Below, in pieces: positions 9,176 to 19,952 of a stretch of DNA of 64,000 bases. The position numbers and the translations under genes are program-made. Location: assembly GCA_964005815.1 (NCBI GenBank), contig CAXFSR010000023.1, positions 44,196 to 108,195 on the forward strand. The letters are read 5' to 3'. Within the stretch, counting starts at the first letter, position 1; each line of letters opens with the position of its first letter. Below the pieces are notes generated by a model that was not told where the DNA came from, searched no databases, and saw only the letters and a list, made by a program, of their open reading frames with translations. Source of the stretch: an uncultured Nitrospinaceae bacterium. Its GTDB lineage: Bacteria > UBA8248.

Positions 9176-10588
9176 TTATTTTCCAATACAAAACTCTGAA
9201 AAAATCTTATCTAAAAGCGACTCTCCGTAACTTTTTCCAAGGATTTCAGAAAAAGCAGCGCTCGAATCATTCAGGTGAACAGCTACAAGTTCTGGGGAAT
9301 AGGCTTTTTGGCATAAAACAAAAGCTTCTTTGAGAGAATGTCTTGCCTTGTTGACTAGATTTTTATGCCTTTCGTTTGTCAAAATTGTACGCATTATATT
9401 TCCTCCCTGCAGACTCTCTCCTGTTAAAATCTCAAAAACAGACTTTTTGAGCAAACCAAATCCTTTTTTTTGGAGCGCCGAAATTGAAACCTTCTCGACA
9501 CCACGGATTAATTCCCCGGAAAGACAAGAAGAAACAAGATCTGTTTTGTTGAGCACAATTAATTTATTCGTTTCTAATTTCTTTGCTTCGTGCTGCGCCC
9601 ATTCAAATTCACTCTTTCCCTTGCTTGAATCTAAAACTAAAAGGCAAAGATCAGCCGTTTGCGCAGCATCATATGCTCTTTTCGCTCCTTCTTTTTCTAT
9701 AGGATCCTGGGTATCTCTAAGACCCGCAGTATCAATAAATCGGACGGGTATCCCATTTACGTCACAGACCTCTTCAATAGTATCTCTTGTTGTTCCAGGG
9801 ATGTCGCTAGTAATTGATCTTTCCTCTCCCAGCAAATTATTTAAGAGGGTAGATTTTCCAGCATTGGGCTTTCCTATTATAGCAACTCGAGCGCCCTCTC
9901 TTAAAACTCTCCCGGATCTAAAAGAATCCTCCAATTCTTTTAAAGACGCCTCAGCATTCACAAAAAGAGGGGTTAGTTCTTCACCAAAAAGGGGCTTTCC
10001 TTGTACCATAGGGCCAGCGCCCGGCTCGAACTCATCTGGAAAATCAATTGAAGCTTCTAGGTGCGCGCCTATCTCAACTATCTGTTGCCATATTTCCTCT
10101 AAACGTTCAGAAAGGTTTCCTTGTAGTTGCGAAAGAGCTATTTTTGCAGAAGCCTTTGTTTCAGAGGCAATTAGATCCGCAACTGATTCGGACTGAACCA
10201 AGTCAACCTTTCCTTCAATAAACGCCCTTCTTGTAAACTCACCTGGGGCTGCAACTCTTGCGCCTGCCGAACATGCAGACTCTATCAAAAACTGATAAAT
10301 AGCTATGCTGCCATGACAAAACAGTTCTGCCAAATCTTCTCCTGTGTAAGAGTTCGGTTTTTCGTAAAAAACAACTTGGCCTTCGTCAAAAATTTCACCG
10401 TCAATATCTATAAAATTACCTAGAACGGGCGTCCTTTTTGGTAATTGCTTGGCTGAGGACTTGGAAACAAAAATTTTACTTAAAATTTGTCTTACATCAG
10501 GGCCGCTAAGCCTAACCATAGCAATTGCGCCCACTCCAACAGGAGTAGACAGGGCAACTATGGTTTCATTTGTTAGGGAAGAATTCAT
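9176..10588 (-). CDS. mnmE: tRNA modification GTPase MnmE/TrmE
   Basis: SYTGED, PGEFTRRAF, GKPNAGKSTL, GTTRD, DTAGLR, C-terminal FCIGK. Start placed at ATG 10588; the ORF track uses GTG 10624. Confidence 0.97.
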   Translation of the reverse strand: MNSSLTNETIVALSTPVGVGAIAMVRLSGPDVRQILSKIFVSKSSAKQLPKRTPVLGNFIDIDGEIFDEGQVVFYEKPNSYTGEDLAELFCHGSIAIYQFLIESACSAGARVAAPGEFTRRAFIEGKVDLVQSESVADLIASETKASAKIALSQLQGNLSERLEEIWQQIVEIGAHLEASIDFPDEFEPGAGPMVQGKPLFGEELTPLFVNAEASLKELEDSFRSGRVLREGARVAIIGKPNAGKSTLLNNLLGEERSITSDIPGTTRDTIEEVCDVNGIPVRFIDTAGLRDTQDPIEKEGAKRAYDAAQTADLCLLVLDSSKGKSEFEWAQHEAKKLETNKLIVLNKTDLVSSCLSGELIRGVEKVSISALQKKGFGLLKKSVFEILTGESLQGGNIMRTILTNERHKNLVNKARHSLKEAFVLCQKAYSPELVAVHLNDSSAAFSEILGKSYGESLLDKIFSEFCIGK

Positions 10589-10624
10589 TTCTTTTCTCTC
10601 TAAAAATGGCTTTTCAAAAGTCAC

Positions 10625-11386
10625 CTATGTCATGTACCGACCACCATTTATATCAAGCGTAACCCCAGTTATATATGAGGCACCGGGAGTAGACAAATAC
10701 CAAATTCCGTCAGCAATTTCTTCTGCGCCTCCTGCACGATTCATCGGAATTTCAGACAAAAGCCTAGGGAGCCTTTCCTTGTGTAGTTCAGCAACCCTTG
10801 GAGACAAAACTACTCCTGGCGCAACCGCGTTGACAGTGATTCCATCTGGCGCAAGCTCACTCGCAAGCCTTCTTGTAAACCCCAAAACTCCGGCTTTAGC
10901 AGCACCATAAGGCAACGAGGTCTCCACCAACCCCTCGCGAGCGGTTTGAGAAGAAACGTTAACTATTCTCCCGTATTTTGATTTTTTCATGGAAGGAACT
11001 ACTTTTCTTGAACATAAGTAAACTGATTTTAGGTTCAACTCCAGAACTTCTTCCCAATGGCTTTCTTCAACGTTTTCAAAGGAGGGATTCTCAAAAAAAC
11101 CACCAGCACAGTTTATTAAAATCTGTGCCGATCCTAAGTTCTTTAAAATTGAATCGAAAGTGACATTTACAGACTCTTCCTGCGTAACATTGCATTCGTA
11201 GAATTTCACGTCGATACCCCTAGAAGAAAGGTTTTGGGCAAAAGCAGCCCCTTTTTCTTTGTCCTTGTCTAGAAGAACTATCCTTGCCCCTTCATCTGCA
11301 AAGCGATTCACGACTGCCTCTCCTATGCCCGATGCTGCTCCCGTCACAACTGCTAATTGCCCCGAAATGGAAGATCTTTTGTTCAT
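10625..11386 (-). CDS. Short-chain dehydrogenase/reductase (FabG-like)
   Basis: TGAASGIG, YGAAK, VNAVAPG, YITGVTLDINGG. Confidence 0.9.
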   Translation of the reverse strand: MNKRSSISGQLAVVTGAASGIGEAVVNRFADEGARIVLLDKDKEKGAAFAQNLSSRGIDVKFYECNVTQEESVNVTFDSILKNLGSAQILINCAGGFFENPSFENVEESHWEEVLELNLKSVYLCSRKVVPSMKKSKYGRIVNVSSQTAREGLVETSLPYGAAKAGVLGFTRRLASELAPDGITVNAVAPGVVLSPRVAELHKERLPRLLSEIPMNRAGGAEEIADGIWYLSTPGASYITGVTLDINGGRYMT

Positions 11387-12018
11387 CGCCCCTCTCTTTT
11401 TTTTAATTTTAAAACATTCCCTTCTATGACCCCCTTTAAACGATCGATGGATTTGGAGCCTTCCATTTTTGTTTCTCCAACAAAAAAAGTGGGGGTAGCC
11501 CTTACTCCCAGACCCAGGCCTAAATCTCTGGATTTATTTATTCTTGCAGAACTTTCTTTTTCCTTGAGGCATTTTTCCCACTCAAACAAATCTGCGCCAC
11601 TTTTTTTTGCATAGGATTTCCATAACGATTCAGGGTATCGGTCATTTCTCCACCTGCCTTGGTTTTTATATATTAGGCTGCTCATATTTTTTCTTTGGTC
11701 AAAATTCTTTACGCATAAAACTGCTTCGGTTGCGCGGAAGGTAATTTCGGAGAGAGGAAAGGCAAGTTTTTTCACTACCACAAGGCCGTTATATTTTTTT
11801 TCAATTTCAATAAGCGCCTCCTGCACTAAAGCACAATCGGGTCAACCATAATCAGAAAACTCTAAAACACATACTTTTTGAGGCGGGCAAATTTTCTGCA
11901 CAAAAGGCTTTGGGTTATGTCGAGCACGCGTATAATAATTAATAAACCCCAACACAAAAAAAACAGCAACAGTGAAAACTATTGGGCCTTGTTTTATTTT
12001 TAAACCAAAAAAATTCAT
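11383..12018 (-). CDS. DsbA/DsbG-like thioredoxin-fold oxidoreductase with N-terminal TM anchor; candidate selenoprotein (UPDC)
   Basis: ATG at 12018 reads MNFFGLKIKQGPIVFTVAVFFVLGFINYY...VCVLEFSDYG-TGA(11844-11842)-PDCALVQEA and continues in frame into the tracked ORF; cis-Pro loop GVRATPTFFVG. Confidence 0.82.
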
Positions 12019-12045
12019 CGATTTTTAGCCAAATTTTTTTAAAAG

Positions 12046-13734
12046 TTACGATTCATCTTCTTGAGCAAGTTTCGGGGTTTGCACAGATCGATTCACAAAA
12101 AACTGCTGCCCGATTGAAAGAACGTTATTTACAAACCAGTAAATAACAAGCCCCGAAGGAACTGGATAGAAAATAAACATCGCGCAAAAAATTACAGGCA
12201 TAAACATCATCATTTTTGCTTGCGAGGGATCTCCCGCCGTAGGCGTCATCTTTTGCTGAATAAACATCGAAATTCCCATCAAGACTGTATAAACATGATA
12301 GGGATCTTGTTTCGAAAGATCGGTAATCCACCAAAAAAACGGGGCATTCCGTATTTCTATAGCAACCAAAAGCCCTTCGTATAAACCAAAAAAAATAGGC
12401 ATTTGAATTAACATAGGGAGGCAGCCCATCATAGGATTCACTTTGTTTTCTTTGTATAAAGACATCAGCTGCTGGTTCATTTTGGTTTTATCGTCTTTGT
12501 ATATCTCTCGTATCTGAGCCATCTTGGGCTGCAATTTTTGCATGCCCTTCATATTCTTCATGCTGAAGTGGGTAAGTGGATAAAAAATGAGCTTTATAAT
12601 TATAGTCAAAAGTATTATTGCCAACCCCCAATTCATTGTCACTGCATTACAAATTCGGAGAATTGAAATAAGGGGTGAGGCAACAAAAGAAAAGATCCCA
12701 TAGTCCAATGATTCCTCTAACATAACATCTAATTTCGACATGCGATGAACCTCTTTGGGCCCAGCATACAAGTCCATGGTAGCTAAAACTCTTGAGTTCT
12801 CTGATCGCAAAGGGACTATCGCCGCATAATCATTCGCCCTGTCTTTGTTGGCCTTTAAAAGATTTATCTGCGCCCCGCCCGATCCTGTCCTTGGTACAAG
12901 AGCAGTTATAAAATATTTGGACTGTAAAGAAGTCCATTTTACATTTTTGTCATATTTTGGCTGATCATTGTCGGACTCTGGATTGTCATAAACAATATCT
13001 TTGTCCACGAAAGACATCGGCCCCTCTATAACACCCCCATAGGTGTCCCCGTCACTTCCCCCAACAGAAGGTCCAAGAGCAACTCCAAGAGCGTCTAGAT
13101 TTTTTGCGTTTCGTATGAGAATGGTGGTGGGTATCCTGTAACTTCCAGCACTAAAAAACAAGGACTTTTCAACTTTCTCTTGCGCCTTTCCTTGAAGAAC
13201 AAAGGAAACCTTTTGGCCGCCTTTTTTGGAATCAATCTTTATTGTTTTGCTTTCCGTTACCTCTTGGCCATTCACATAAACCTTGTAAACAGCCCGGTTT
13301 AAGACTCCGCTGCCACTTCCCCAAAAAAACAACGGTTTTAGGTCGGAATAATATCCTTTGGCTAAATCGATAAATTTGCCCTTTTCGTCTTTGTAGTCAT
13401 TGAGCTGCATCTGGACAAATCCAGCCCCATAATTTGTCAAGCCATAAACCGCATTTCCTACATCAACCTTAACAAGAATCTCTTTAAAGTTTTTTGGCAA
13501 AGATCTTTTTCTAGCATTTAAGTTTTCGGTTTTAGGTGCATGACTTTTCTTAGGCGAAACCCTAATCGCTCTGTCGGTAATAGAGCCCTTCTGCCTTGAA
13601 GACAACTTTTGCTGCAAAGGCGCTTTGGTGCTAACATCCTTCTTCTTTGGAGGCTCTTGTGGCACAAAAAAATACTGCCACCCCAACAAAACAGCCAAAG
13701 AAAGAACAGCGGCTAAAATAGCATTTTTTTCCAT
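12046..13734 (-). CDS. yidC: Membrane protein insertase YidC
   Basis: N-terminal TM, large periplasmic domain, NWGLAIILLT, GCLPMLIQMPIF, GLVIYWFVNN. Confidence 0.97.
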   Translation of the reverse strand: MEKNAILAAVLSLAVLLGWQYFFVPQEPPKKKDVSTKAPLQQKLSSRQKGSITDRAIRVSPKKSHAPKTENLNARKRSLPKNFKEILVKVDVGNAVYGLTNYGAGFVQMQLNDYKDEKGKFIDLAKGYYSDLKPLFFWGSGSGVLNRAVYKVYVNGQEVTESKTIKIDSKKGGQKVSFVLQGKAQEKVEKSLFFSAGSYRIPTTILIRNAKNLDALGVALGPSVGGSDGDTYGGVIEGPMSFVDKDIVYDNPESDNDQPKYDKNVKWTSLQSKYFITALVPRTGSGGAQINLLKANKDRANDYAAIVPLRSENSRVLATMDLYAGPKEVHRMSKLDVMLEESLDYGIFSFVASPLISILRICNAVTMNWGLAIILLTIIIKLIFYPLTHFSMKNMKGMQKLQPKMAQIREIYKDDKTKMNQQLMSLYKENKVNPMMGCLPMLIQMPIFFGLYEGLLVAIEIRNAPFFWWITDLSKQDPYHVYTVLMGISMFIQQKMTPTAGDPSQAKMMMFMPVIFCAMFIFYPVPSGLVIYWFVNNVLSIGQQFFVNRSVQTPKLAQEDES

Positions 13735-13741
13735 TTTTTAT

Positions 13742-13987
13742 TTAATCCTTTAAATATTGCTTTATGGGATCATGCCCACCTTCGCAAAACGGGTTGCATC
13801 TTAAAACCCTTCTAACGGTAAGCCAAAGAGCTCTAAAGGGGCCGAAAGTAGCAAAGGCCTGCAAGGCATACTCTGAGCAGCTAGGTGTAAACCTGCAGGT
13901 TCCTGGCAAAATAGGTGAAATTAGCAGCCGATAAAGCTTCACAAAAGAAACGAAGAAAAAGGTTAGGCCACTTAAAAAAAACTTCAC
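13742..13987 (-). CDS. yidD: Membrane protein insertion efficiency factor YidD
   Basis: ISPILPGTCRFTPSCSEYA...RCNPFCEGGHDP. Start re-placed at GTG 13987 to avoid a long overlap with rnpA. Confidence 0.92.
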   Translation of the reverse strand: MKFFLSGLTFFFVSFVKLYRLLISPILPGTCRFTPSCSEYALQAFATFGPFRALWLTVRRVLRCNPFCEGGHDPIKQYLKD

Positions 13988-13991
13988 TCCT

Positions 13992-14369
13992 TTATCCCTT
14001 TTGTCTTTTATAAAAAAACAAAACATCACCAAGCTCTTTGACTGTCTCTCCAAAACTTCTTTCCGCCATTTCTCTCTTTGCAATAATTACTATGTCGAAG
14101 CCGCTTTTCAGGCCAGGAAAAATATCTTTAAAAGCTTCTCTCAAAACCCTTTTTACACGATTTCTTTTGACTGAATTTCCAACCTTTTTAGAAACGACAA
14201 GGCCCAAGCGAGTCTCCTCATGAGAGCTTCTGTGTACATAAAGAGAAAACGATCGAGACTGCAGCCTTTTCCCTTTTTTTGCGGCAACAAAATCACAAGA
14301 AGAACGTATCCGGTGTTCAGGCGGAAATCTCAAGGGGTTTTTCCTTCTCAAACAAGAAGTTGGCATCAC
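13992..14369 (-). CDS. rnpA: Ribonuclease P protein component
   Basis: RLGLVVSKKVGNSVKRNRVKRVLRE (RNR motif); synteny. Confidence 0.95.
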   Translation of the reverse strand: MMPTSCLRRKNPLRFPPEHRIRSSCDFVAAKKGKRLQSRSFSLYVHRSSHEETRLGLVVSKKVGNSVKRNRVKRVLREAFKDIFPGLKSGFDIVIIAKREMAERSFGETVKELGDVLFFYKRQKG

Positions 14370-14372
14370 TTT

Positions 14373-14513
14373 TTAGCCAGAAACCGTTAAGCGCTTTCTT
14401 CCCTTGCCCCGTCGGCGATTAATAATAGACCTCCCACCGGTGGTTGACATCCTCTTTCTAAAACCGTGGGTCTTAATTCTTTTGTTTCTGTTTGGCTGAT
14501 AAGTTCTTTTCAC
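14373..14513 (-). CDS. rpmH: 50S ribosomal protein L34
   Basis: Not in the ORF track. GTG start with [54 protein letters not shown]. Confidence 0.97.
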   Translation of the reverse strand: MKRTYQPNRNKRIKTHGFRKRMSTTGGRSIINRRRGKGRKRLTVSG

Positions 14514-14553
14514 CCATCACCTCAAAAATAATTTTAATAAGAAAAACTGATGC

Positions 14554-14583
14554 AAAGTATCTGACAAGGGTTGCTTTTGTCAA
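14554..14583 (-). promoter_or_regulatory. Putative sigma70 promoter for rpmH operon
   Basis: Minus strand TTGACA-N18-TACTTT. Confidence 0.5.
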
Positions 14584-14730
14584 GGAAAGTTAAACAAAAC
14601 CATCTTCGCTCTATTTAAAGAAAAAGAAAAAGTTGTGGTTTGAAAATTTCTTGAGTATTTATAAAAATAACTTGTTGGTTTTTTTGTCTAAAATTGTTAG
14701 ATTAATGAGCATTAATTAAATCCTTTCACA

Positions 14731-16062
14731 GTGAAAAAAATGATAGAAGCCTGGGACAACTGTTTGCTTGAAATAAAAAAAAGCGTTTCTGAAGAAGCGT
14801 TTGAAAGGTGGTTCAAAAACACAAAACCAATATTAATAAACCAAAAAGAACTTTTTATTGAAGTGCCTGATTCTTTTTGTGCCGAAACTATTATTGTCCG
14901 TTTTTCAAAAATTATAGAAGAAGTCGTTAGCCTTGAGGATTCCATATCCGGACTCAGGTTTGTTCCCTCAAAAGTGCAAAAAAAACATCAAATTAAAGAA
15001 GAGGTTGTGCCAGAAAAACCGCCCAACAAAGCCCAAAAACCTAAGTTTTTAAATCCCAAGTATTCTTTTGGTAGTTTCGTAGTGGGAGCATCAAATGAAT
15101 TTGCCCATGCCTGCAGCCTCCAAATCACCGAAGACACAACGAAAAATCTCAATCCACTTTTTATATACGGGGGGGTTGGTCTTGGCAAAACCCACCTCCT
15201 TCATGCGATAGCGCACCAGGTGTTAGAAAAAAAACAGAGAGCAAAGGTTTTTTACACGTCTTCTGAAAACTTTATAAACGATTTGATTTCGTCAATACAA
15301 AAAAACAAAATGGTAGATTTTAGATCAAGATACAGAAAAATAGACTTTCTATTAATTGATGATATTCAATTCATAGCAGGCAAAGAAAGAACCCAAGAAG
15401 AGTTTTTTTTCACATTTAACGCGCTGCATGAGTCTGGAAAGCAAATTATAATGACTAGCGATAAAAACCCCAAAGACACCCCGGGACTAGAGGAGCGGCT
15501 AAAAGCAAGGTTTGTTTGGGGAATAATGGCTGATATTGGGCCTCCAGATTTTGAGACAAAGGTTGCGATAATCCAAAAAAAAGCTTCGGAGCTTAATTTT
15601 GATATTAAAAAGGATGTTGCTCATTTCATAGCAGAAAAAGTTCGATCAAACATCAGAGAGCTGGAGGGGTGTCTTGTGAAGTTGGTCTTTCATTCCTCTC
15701 TTCACGGAACAGAGATAAACATAGACGACGCAAAAGAAATACTCAAAAACACCCTTAGAGACCCACAAAAAGGAGTATCGGTCGACGAAATTCAAAAAAT
15801 AGTTGCGGAGTTTTTTCAGGTTAGAGTTTTAGATCTTAAATCAAAAAACAGGGCCAGAATATTTGCCGAACCAAGGCAAATCGCAATGTATCTTTCAAGA
15901 AAGTTTTCTTCGGCTTCAACTACAGAGATAGGAACAAGGTTTGGCGGCAAAGATCATTCAACAGTCATACACTCAACAAACAAAATAACAAAACAAATAA
16001 AAGAAAACACCGCGATCGCCTCAACCGTAAACTCTTTAATTGAAAAAATAGAAACATTGTGA
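14731..16062 (+). CDS. dnaA: Chromosomal replication initiator DnaA
   Basis: NPLFIYGGVGLGKTHL, LLIDDIQF, SNIRELEG, PRQIAMYL, GGKDHSTVIHS. Confidence 0.98.
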   Translation: MKKMIEAWDNCLLEIKKSVSEEAFERWFKNTKPILINQKELFIEVPDSFCAETIIVRFSKIIEEVVSLEDSISGLRFVPSKVQKKHQIKEEVVPEKPPNKAQKPKFLNPKYSFGSFVVGASNEFAHACSLQITEDTTKNLNPLFIYGGVGLGKTHLLHAIAHQVLEKKQRAKVFYTSSENFINDLISSIQKNKMVDFRSRYRKIDFLLIDDIQFIAGKERTQEEFFFTFNALHESGKQIIMTSDKNPKDTPGLEERLKARFVWGIMADIGPPDFETKVAIIQKKASELNFDIKKDVAHFIAEKVRSNIRELEGCLVKLVFHSSLHGTEINIDDAKEILKNTLRDPQKGVSVDEIQKIVAEFFQVRVLDLKSKNRARIFAEPRQIAMYLSRKFSSASTTEIGTRFGGKDHSTVIHSTNKITKQIKENTAIASTVNSLIEKIETL

Positions 16063-16260
16063 ATAAGATGTGTTTTTTTGTGCGCAAGTGTTTAAAAAAC
16101 ACAAAAACCACAGACTTATTAACAGTATAAACAACATATTAACAAAAAAACAGCCCCTATTTTTTTGTTAAACAATTGATATGCTTGGCTTATTATAGTT
16201 TTCAACAAAACAAACAGCACTACTACTGCTACTATATATATATATTATTACTAATAAATA
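16058..16260. other. Probable oriC (DnaA-box-like nonamers, DnaA-trios, AT-rich unwinding element)
   Basis: TGTGAATAA 16058-66, TTATTAACA 16116-24, ATATTAACA 16136-44, TTTTCAACA 16199-207, then CTACTACTGCTACTA 16220-34 followed by TATATATATATTATTA. Predominant gene orientation flips near here. Confidence 0.85.
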
Positions 16261-16267
16261 ATAGAAA

Positions 16268-17386
16268 TTGGGGAAAACCCTGAAAATAAAGTCAGTCAAA
16301 CTTAAGAACTTTAGAAACTATGAATCTTTAGGGACAAAGTTTCACCCTAAGCTTAACTACATTTTTGGAAAGAACGGCTCCGGAAAAACAAACCTTATAG
16401 AATCAATTTATTTTTTAACAAACCTAAAATCATTCCGAACAAAAAAAAGATCAAGCCTAATTAAAAAAAATACAAACGCAATGTATGTAGGGGGAGTTTT
16501 TTCCGATGACGACATGAGCAAAGATGTTAAATTGGAAGCTTCGCTTTTTGAACAAAAAAGAGTTTATAAACTAAACAACAAAACAGAACAGAACTTGATC
16601 GATTATCTGAAATCAGTCAACACAATGGTTTTTTTTCCGGACAGCCTGCGCATAATTAAAGATAGTCCCCTTTTTAGGAGAAATTTTTTTGACAGAGCTA
16701 TTTCCTCCATTGACCCAACCTACTTACTTGAAAGTAAAGAGTATTCAAGAATTCTAAGAGAGAGAAACAAAATCCTTAAAAACAACGGTGACGACAGATT
16801 GTTAGAGGTTTGGAATAGTCGATTTTTTTCTTGTGCCTCAAACATCTTTAAAAAAAGAACAGCCTTTCTAGAACTCCTTAAGCAAAAAATAAGCCCCCTA
16901 AAAAAAACACTCAACATAAACAAAAACATAGAGATTTTCTACTCAAAGAGTTTAAAGTATTCTCACAAAAAAAACACAGAAACATTAGCCTACGAAATAA
17001 TCAAAGAAGAGTATGAAAAAAACAAAGAAGAAGAAAAAATAAAAAAACAAACATGCTTGGGTCCACATTTGGATGATTTTGTTATATATTTAGACGGTGA
17101 CAGTTCTAGAGAAAACGCATCACAGGGGGAGCAAAGGCTAGTTATAATTTTAATCCTGCTCGCCGTTTCGGATGTTTATAGAGAAGTTTCAGAAGAAAAC
17201 TTAATATATCTTTTTGATGATATGAGTTCCGAACTAGATCGTGAAAAAAGACAAAGTGTGATAGAGTATTTAATGTCTAGTGATTCACAGGTTTTTATAA
17301 CCTCGACAGAAAAACCAGAAACAAAAAACCCGCCCGAAGCGTATTCCCTTTTTGACCTAGATTTAGGAGGGGGAATAATTCGTTAA
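16268..17386 (+). CDS. recF: DNA replication/repair protein RecF
   Basis: NFRNY, GKNGSGKTN, GPHLDD, SQGEQR, DDMSSELD. Confidence 0.93.
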   Translation: MGKTLKIKSVKLKNFRNYESLGTKFHPKLNYIFGKNGSGKTNLIESIYFLTNLKSFRTKKRSSLIKKNTNAMYVGGVFSDDDMSKDVKLEASLFEQKRVYKLNNKTEQNLIDYLKSVNTMVFFPDSLRIIKDSPLFRRNFFDRAISSIDPTYLLESKEYSRILRERNKILKNNGDDRLLEVWNSRFFSCASNIFKKRTAFLELLKQKISPLKKTLNINKNIEIFYSKSLKYSHKKNTETLAYEIIKEEYEKNKEEEKIKKQTCLGPHLDDFVIYLDGDSSRENASQGEQRLVIILILLAVSDVYREVSEENLIYLFDDMSSELDREKRQSVIEYLMSSDSQVFITSTEKPETKNPPEAYSLFDLDLGGGIIR

Positions 17387-17402
17387 GCCCGTAATTTTTT
17401 AG

Positions 17403-19922
<2,520 letters not shown>

Positions 19923-19952
19923 AAATTACTTCTTCGCCCCAAGGATATAGTT

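Noticed and set aside
9330..10196. Long antisense ORFs (also 18815-19564, 30149-30691, 6410-6862, 10449-10910, 33972-34391)
   Set aside because: They are shadows of well-conserved genes on the opposite strand and have no recognisable motifs.
13988..14083. ORF-track N-terminal extension of yidD
   Set aside because: It overlaps rnpA by about 90 nt; GTG 13987 gives a typical YidD length.
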